From the human T2T-CHM13v2.0 reference genome, Homo sapiens, in assembly GCF_009914755.1 (NCBI RefSeq), contig NC_060936.1: a DNA stretch of 64,000 bases; one strand, given 5' to 3'. A program made the position numbers and the translations under genes. Below the pieces are notes generated by a model. The model saw nothing but the letters and a program-made list of their open reading frames with translations. It was not told the origin of the DNA and did no database searches. Numbering within the stretch: the stretch's first letter is position 1; each line of letters opens with the position of its first letter. Positions 56,101-64,000 of the stretch are shown here, in pieces.

Positions 56101-57003
56101 AAAACCTAGAAGAAAACCTAGGCAATACCATTCAGGACATAGGCATGGGCAAGGGCTTCATGACTAAAACACCAAAAGCAATGGCAACAAAAGCCAAAAT
56201 TGACAAATGGGATCTAATTAAACTAAAGAGCTTCTGCACAGCAAAAGAAGTTACCATCAGAGTGAACAGGCAACCTACAGAATGGGAGAACATTTTTGCT
56301 ATCTACCCATCTGACAAAGGGCTAATATCCAGAATCTACAAAGAACTTCTACAAATTTTCAAGAAAAGAAACAACCCCATCAACAAGTGGGCGAAGGATA
56401 TGAACAGACACTTCTCAAAAGAAGACATTTATGCAGCCAACAGACACATGAAAAAATGCTCATCATCACTGACCATCAGAGAAATGCAAATCAAAACCAC
56501 AATGAGATACCATCTCAAACCAGTTAGAATGGCGATCATTAAAAAGTCAGGAAACAACAGATGCAGGAGAGGATGTGGAAGAATAGGAACACTTTTATAC
56601 TGTTGGTGGGAGCATAAATTAGTTCAACCATTGTGGAAGACAGTGTGGCGACTCCTCAAGGATCTAGAACTAGAAAATACCATTTGACTCAGCAATCCCA
56701 TTACTGGGTATATACCCGAAGGATTATAAATCATTCTACTATAAAGACACATGCACACGTATGTTTATTGCGGCACTATTCACAATAGCAAAGACTTGGA
56801 ACCAACCTAAATGTCCATCAATGATAGACTGGATTAAGAAAATGTGGCACATATATACCATGGAATACTATGCAGCCATAAAAAAGGATGAGTTTGTGTC
56901 CTTTGCAGGGACATGGATGAAGCTGGAAACCATCATTCTCAGCAAACTATCGCAAGGACAAAAAACCAAACACCGCATGTTCTCACTCATAGGTGGGAAT
57001 TGA
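53198..57003 (+). pseudogene. L1 ORF2p (endonuclease/reverse transcriptase), disabled by stops and frameshifts
   Basis: Endonuclease start MSGLNSHITILTLNINGLN; RT motif FADD within the 436-aa piece at 54799-56109; C-terminus ...KHRMFSLIGGN*; split over at least 7 ORFs. Confidence 0.96.
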
Positions 57004-57428
57004 ACAATGAGAACACTTGGACACAGGAAGGGGAACATCACACATCAGGGCCTGTTGAGGGGTGGGGGGCTGGGAGAGGGATAGCATAAGGAGAAATACC
57101 TAATGTAAATGATGAGTTGATGGGTGCAGCAAACCAACATGGCACATGTATAGCTATGTAACAAACCTGCATGTTGTGCACATGTACCCTAGAACTTAAA
57201 GTATAATAATAAATAAATAAATAAATAAATAAATAAAAATTAAAAAATAAAAATGAAAACAAGTGTTCCAGAGGAAAAAAAAGACTTCAACGCTGAGAAA
57301 TTCTAGGGCAAGCAAACTTAAGTGGGCTTTCTTTAGCGCATGACTTTCTAGGCTTTAATGCACCCTTCTGCCATGTGAAACATTAAGGAGAGGATATTGA
57401 GTACAGCATTTCAGAAACGTATTTGATC

Positions 57429-57745
<317 letters not shown>

Positions 57746-58919
57746 AGAAACGTATTTGATCCTAGAACATTTTCACCAAGCATGATGTTTTTGGGAATAC
57801 CATTAGTATTTATAGTTCTATTTATGGAATTAGAGTTAGATCTCAGAGTCATGAGATTGTATAAACAAATTCATGTTCACAATATTAGGCAAGAGGTAAA
57901 TACTGTACTGTCTTTCAGAAGAAGGATTAAACTGAATGAGTAGTAAATAGAAAGACCTTTAAGTCCTATATAAACTTTGCCAACTTTGCCATCTGGGAAC
58001 AGATACTCAGCTCCTTAGCATTCTTGAAACCTCTGTCTAGGAACTGAATCATTCATTTCCATAATTTCAGAGCTAGAAGAGATCAAGAGGTCATCTGGTC
58101 CAATCCCCCTTTTCAACGTATGAGGAAATCAAACCACGGAGATTAGGTACCTTTCCCAGAGCAGGGCTAAGACTTGCTACCACCATCCATTGCTCTTTTC
58201 ACTATATTAAAATTTCTTCTCTTTCCTGGAAAAAGTTCAAGACTCCAGCTGACTCTGATGCCTGTTTGAGCAAATAGTTAGGGTGCCAAAAGTCCAATGT
58301 CCTACTCAGAGCTCTTTTGGAATAATCTTCTTAAATTCAACTGGATATCTGCTTTCTTTGAAATTCTGATTAGTCGAGGGTGTTTGATTCTGATAACCCA
58401 CTAGGGAGGAAATTATGCTCTGAGGTCCAGCAGCTGCCAGAAGCAAGCTGTCAGCTGAATACCAGCTCTCTTTCTCTCCATTTTATCAGCAAAACAGCTG
58501 TGAACAAAGGCAGGGAGGATAGAGCTGGGTGAGGAAACACAACATCACCGAAAGCTGGCATGAGCTCTGTTGCTGGGAGGGCAATGAAATTTTATGATGT
58601 TGCTTAATTAGAGTCAAATATAAACATCAAACAAAACGAAATACCCAAGATGTGTGACAATAGGTCACAGATATGGGTTACCAAAGACAAAGCATTCCTT
58701 TGTACCCTTAAAACATCATTGTTCACTACTCATTTTATACCTATTATGCCATTGAAATGTGATCTGAAAGGGTCTGGTTGAGTTCATAAAATGAAATAAT
58801 TATTCTCTCATCTCTCTCTCATTGCTCACCCTTATCCTCACATATAAGCCACAGGTAACTCAGTAAGTGCTAAGAATGGTGTTGAGGTGATACAGTATTA
58901 AAATTGATGACAAGGCTCA

Positions 58920-59820
58920 CTAGGTATACGTTTTCCACTTATTTATTAGTCACATTGTTTAAGCACCAACTGTGTCCCAGGTATTCAGCTGGACTAGAAA
59001 GATTTGACATTGAGCAGCAACAAGCCTGGTTGGTTCTTGCTGTCAGGAAGCTAGGAGTCTTGTGTAGGAGAAAGACAATAAGAAAAAAGTTCGCAAAAAA
59101 TACATAAAATTACCAACTGTGATAGATGCTTTGGAAAGAAGGTACATGGTGCTGTGACTATATAACATGACAAAGTGACCTAGACCAGTGCATCTCTAAC
59201 TATGTGTGCTGAAAGACCACTTTTCCCTTCAATCTGCCCTGGACTGATACTAGCATACAAATTGTGCTACATGTGACTGACCACGTGATTTTGACAACAC
59301 CTGAATTGCTCTTTGCCCTGTTCAACAAGGGGAGTCTACTGACCATGTGCTTGGATGTCATGGTAATTTTAAAACACTGTAGAACTTTCTAAATGCTTAT
59401 TTCTTAATTTTAATATTTATCACATTGGAAACAATTTGTAGATTGGCACCGAAGTATGGATTGCACTTTGAGCTGCTCCAACCTAGACTGTTGAATCAAG
59501 AAAGTCTTCCTGGAGGAAATGATTTTTGCATAGTGTTCTGTGATGAATCTGTGATCACTATGACCATCATAGATCACCGTGATCTATATTGAAGGGCAAA
59601 TAGGCAAAATCGAGATGGGAAGGAGAATTCCAGGTAAAGAGAATCCAGGAGAAGAGGAGTGTGGCTGGAACATGCAGATGAGTGGAAGATTAGTGAAGAT
59701 GAGTTTGAAGGGAAATGCCAGGCCAGGCCTATGTTATCTTTGTGTTTTCTCCATGGCAAGGGACAGGTTTTGGAAGTTTTTAAGCAGTGTGATTTTTATC
59801 AGATTCTAAGTGCTAAGATC
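58920..59820 (-). mobile_element. L2 fragments with an intervening hAT-like DNA element (about 59185-59480)
   Basis: L2 3' motifs (TTGTTTAAGCACCAACTGTGTCCCAGG; GAAAGTCTTCCTGGAGGAAATGA); boundaries approximate. Confidence 0.55.
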
Positions 59821-59853
59821 ACCTTGCTGCAGTATGGACAATACACTAGATGT

Positions 59854-60202
59854 TGTGTCAGTCTGTTTAGGCAGTTATAACAAAATACCACAGACTGGCT
59901 GGCTTATAGACAACATTTATTTCTTACAGTTCTGGAGGCTGTGAAGTCCAAGATCAAGGCACTGGCAAATTCGGTGTCTGGTGAGGGCTGGCTTTATGGT
60001 TCATAGATGTGGCCTTCTCGCTGCAACCTCAGGGCTCTCTTTGGGGCCTCTTTTATAAGGGCACTAATCCCAATCATGAGGGTGCCACTCTCACTACCTC
60101 ATCACCTCCCAAAGGCCCCAATACTATCCTAATACTATCACCTTAAGGGTTAGAATTTCAACATATGAATTTTTGTGGGACACAAATATTCAGACCATAG
60201 CA
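59854..60202 (-). mobile_element. MaLR solo LTR (MLT1A-like)
   Basis: TATAACAAAATACCACAGACTGG...CAGTTCTGGAGGCTGTGAAGTCCAAGATCAAGG...ATTCAGACCATAGCA. Confidence 0.9.
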
Positions 60203-60278
60203 GGAGAATAAAAGTGAAAGTAGGGAAACCAGTGAGTAGACTATTGCAGCAGTGGATGTGTAAGAAGTGGGAGATTGA

Positions 60279-60524
60279 GGCTGGGTACAGTGGCTCATGC
60301 CTATAATCCCAGCACTTTGGGAGGCGAAGGCAGGTGGGTTGCTTGAGCCCAGGAGTTAGAGACCAGCCTGGGCAACATGGAGAAACCCTGTGTCTACTAC
60401 AAATACAAAAATTAGCCAGGCGTGATTGCACCTCCCTGTGGTCCCAGATGGTTGGGAGGCTGGGGTGGGAGGATCGCTTGAGCCCAGAAAGTCAAGGCTG
60501 CAGTGAGCTGAGGTTGCAGCACTG
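60279..60524 (+). mobile_element. 3'-truncated, tailless Alu (AluJ-like)
   Basis: Alu stops at ...GCACTG with no poly-A; direct repeat GAAGTGGGAGATTGAG at 60264-60279 and 60525-60540. Confidence 0.9.
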
Positions 60525-60949
60525 GAAGTGGGAGATTGAGATTGAGGACGTAGGGTAGGATTTCCGGTGGAATGGATACGGGGTTGAAGGAGTGGGAAAG
60601 ATCAAAGAGGACTCTTCTGGTAGCTAATCATCCCAATATTCCACTCTAATGCAGACAAGGAATACTGCTCCCTTTCTGATCAGGACCAAAGGAGTCCCTT
60701 TATTCCTAAGGAAGTTTCCTGGCAGGGAATGGAAGTCCATTTCCCAAGTCCTTCAGAGGCTCTGCCAATACTTTTAGATGTGCTTCACAACTGCCAATCT
60801 TTCTCCAATTAACGTTCCATTTATGGAACTAAATGACTTCCCCTTTGAATATAAATTCTCCTCTATAACGTTTCCTCAGTTTTTTTCTTTAAAACCTTAT
60901 TCTAGAAAATATTAATAGGCACTCAATGAAAAAGGAGTCTCATCAAAGA

Positions 60950-61170
60950 ACATATTCAGGAAATACTGAGCTAAACAAGAGTCATACTGGTTTTTTCTTC
61001 AGTGCGTGACTTTTCAGAGCACTTAATATGTTAATGTGCATCTTCAGTTTCCAAGAGGGGAGAAACAAAATACAGCGTTTCCAGAACTTACTTAGTTATG
61101 GGTTCCTTTTTGCCAAGATCATCTACTAGGCTAGTGTTCTATGAAACCTTCTTTGGGAAAGGATGCTGCC
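60950..61170. mobile_element. MER103-like hAT-Charlie fragment
   Basis: GGAAATACTGAGCTAAACAA...TTAATATGTTAATGTGCAT...TTTGGGAAA motifs. Confidence 0.55.
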
Positions 61171-63537
61171 TGGTGACTAGAGCAGTCCTGTGTTCAGCAC
61201 TGGAAGCTTGGTTCTGCTTCACATATTTTGAGACAAGCAGATGTGTTCATTGGTTTGTCACAGGACAATCTAGTTCCATTCCCTAAGGCACTTTTACTGA
61301 AAGGCTGAGTCAGTTTTTTGCAATCAGGCACAACACTCCCTGTACCTGACTGAGCTTGCAATTCTAGCTCTGTGATGAGCGTCGCTGTTCTAGCTCTAAG
61401 TGTTGGCCTGGGGGCAGCATCCTGTGTCTGTCAGGGGGCAATGTGCCCCACTCAGGCAATACATGGGAAAGGAGGACCTGGAGTACTGCCGTGATGGACT
61501 TAAGTGACGTTGGTGTAAGAGCAGTCCATTTTCCATTTAAGCTGACTGGGAAACAGCAGCAGTTACAAATGACAGCTATGTCTGCAGAGGCTGACTTTCT
61601 CTTCATCCTCCCTTCTTTCTGGCTTTTGAGGGTAACCAGGGGAGCAGCAAAGAACAGTGTTTTCTTTATCTCGTAAATGGGTGTCATTCTTCAGCAGGTG
61701 TTACAGATCCGGGCCTCTCAGTCTTGAAGGTGCACGGGAATTCCCTGGGGATCATGGTAAATGCAGGTTTCAGGGCCTCACTTCTAGAAATCCTTATATG
61801 GCAGATCTGGAATGAGACATTGTCATCTGTAGTTATTTTTATCTTTATGCCTTTGCTCTCATATACTTGAGTTAATTTCCTAAAAATAACTATTTTCTTA
61901 CATAATCACAGTACAATGATCAAAATTAGTAAATTAGACTTGTTATGATAGTGTTATCTAAATCTATAGATCTTATTCTAATCTCTCTAATTGTCCCAAT
62001 CATTTACTTTCTAGCAAACCCTCCCTGAAAAAACAGCTCTGACTCAGGCCAAAGGGGCCAGATGTTCGAGGTTATCAAATTACCCCAGGCCTAAGACAAT
62101 AGGAAGCAATGGAATATGGTGGAAATGGTGGCTAACTCGGGTGAATCCCCTGCCTAAAGACATTTACATTGAAATTTCTTAAACACAATACCAGCCTATG
62201 TTGTGGTCTCGCATGCACCCCACTTTCAGCTTCTCTGTGCCTTGCCCATACCTGCTACTATATCTTTGTAGTTTGAGGCTTCCCAAGCTACGTGATTTCC
62301 CTGTCCACAGCTCTCTCGCTCCCCTAACAGAATACCCCACTGTGCCAGGCATCACAACCATTATGCCTAAAGTCAGTTATTATGCCCATGAGGCAATCTT
62401 CGATCCATTCAGACAAATGGATAAATGCTGGTTAGAAATGCTAGGTGGGCTTGTGAGTTTTTAAGCTTATTAAACACAAGACAAAATATTGCCTTTTAAA
62501 CTAGCTGCTGCAATGCTGTTGAAGTGGTTTGTGTCAAAAAACACTCCCTGAAAACTAAGGAGGTGGTTCTGGTAGCTGGTGAGAATCAGGTATCATCCCA
62601 GTAATTCAACGTTTCTTAGGAAAACAGCAGGCAATAGAAACACAATAAAGTTTTGATTAGATGCAACTAGAAGAAATTGCCTTCCTTCAGAAAGGCATTC
62701 TCTTCTTTCGTGTTTTGAGGAAGTTGGCTATGTAGAAGACAGAAGTCTGACTTTTCTGCTTACTGGAACCTGGGCCATTAAAGCCACATTGCTAGCACTC
62801 CCATTGATTTGGTGATTTAACTCTGAGAGAGTAACTTCATTTTTAATTTCGTGGAGGGCATCTCCCCCATGGCTTCCAAGTACGATCTATGGTTCCCAAT
62901 TAATCGAAACAACTTCCTTGTCACCTTTGCTCCCTTTCCCTGATATCATCTTAATATCAGGCAATGGTTCTGGAAAACAAAAGACATCTTCAGTTTGAAT
63001 TATGTGTGTGGCAGTGGAGGGTGGCTTCTAGAATGTATGCACATTTAGGAAAATGGTTTGATTATTTAAAACTATGTTCTTTCTATGTAATGGTTCCCAG
63101 GCATCGAATCAATGCCAGGGCACTAACTGTATTAGAACTTTATTGAAGAGACATCTAGTGGGGCTGAGGCAGAAAATTGTCACTCTGAATTCTGCATCAT
63201 CGGGGCTGGAGGATTCAGTGCCAAGAGGGACCTCTAGTGTTCTGCGAAGGTTCAGGCTTGATAATGTGAAGATTCTTCAGATGCCTTTTCCTATTTTCCA
63301 TGTGTCAAACAAGAGCATACTTTTATTCAAAACTTGCCATTCTGCCTATGAAATAAAGAGGCATAGCCTATTCATAATTTCTGTCTAGGTGTTTTTAAGT
63401 CGATGAATTTAAATAAAGAAAATGTTTTCCATGGAGCACCAGGATACATTGTTTCCGTAGGCCTATAATACCAGATCTTATGTATTGTGCTCTCTACAGA
63501 TTGGCACCAGGCTCAGCACTGCACATGGGTTACTTCA

Positions 63538-63830
<293 letters not shown>

Positions 63831-64000
63831 AGGTTGCTTCTTTTAACCATTATTAATTGTACTATTATTTTTCATTTTTCCAGTGAAGACACTGAGACAA
63901 ATGAAGGTGAAGTTACCAAGTGTAGGTAACTCTTAAGTGGCAGGGCCTGACGTTGGTCTCATATCTCCCTTAATTCCAAAGCCTGTTTTCTGACCTGGCA

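Larger units (their letters stand above)
52815..57257 (+). mobile_element. 5'-truncated LINE-1 (L1PA6/7-like), about 4.4 kb
   Basis: ORF1 C-terminus, spacer, whole ORF2 region, 3' UTR and (AAAT)n tail; TSD AA(T/C)AA(A/G)TGTTCCAG at 52801-52814 and 57258-57271. Confidence 0.97.

Overview
Primate (most likely human or great ape) genomic DNA, roughly 40% GC and CpG-depleted, that looks intronic or intergenic. About half is transposon-derived: about 18 Alu/FLAM SINEs, a 4.4-kb 5'-truncated L1PA with a disabled ORF2, older L1M, L2 and MIR relics, about 11 solo LTRs (MST, MLT1, MER34-like, MER21, LTR8, MER51 and one unassigned) and several hAT DNA transposons. I cannot support any host protein-coding gene. 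The recognisable ORFs are Alu or L1 translations and the rest look like chance frames; a few exon-like splice-signal units are listed at low confidence. I found no evidence for a new multi-gene system. The best observations are small non-canonical insertion or repair fossils: (1) a retrocopy of only the 5' half of tRNA-Arg(TCT) with an 18-bp target-site duplication (TSD); (2) an L1 tail converted into a fold-back (TATC)n/(GATA)n palindrome; (3) a tailless, probably internally primed Alu; (4) an MST LTR flanked by a 41-bp duplication and carrying an internal hairpin; (5) a four-LTR nest containing a 24-bp CCAAT/E-box array. Repeat family names come from recalled consensus sequences and need RepeatMasker/Dfam confirmation; boundaries of old elements are approximate.
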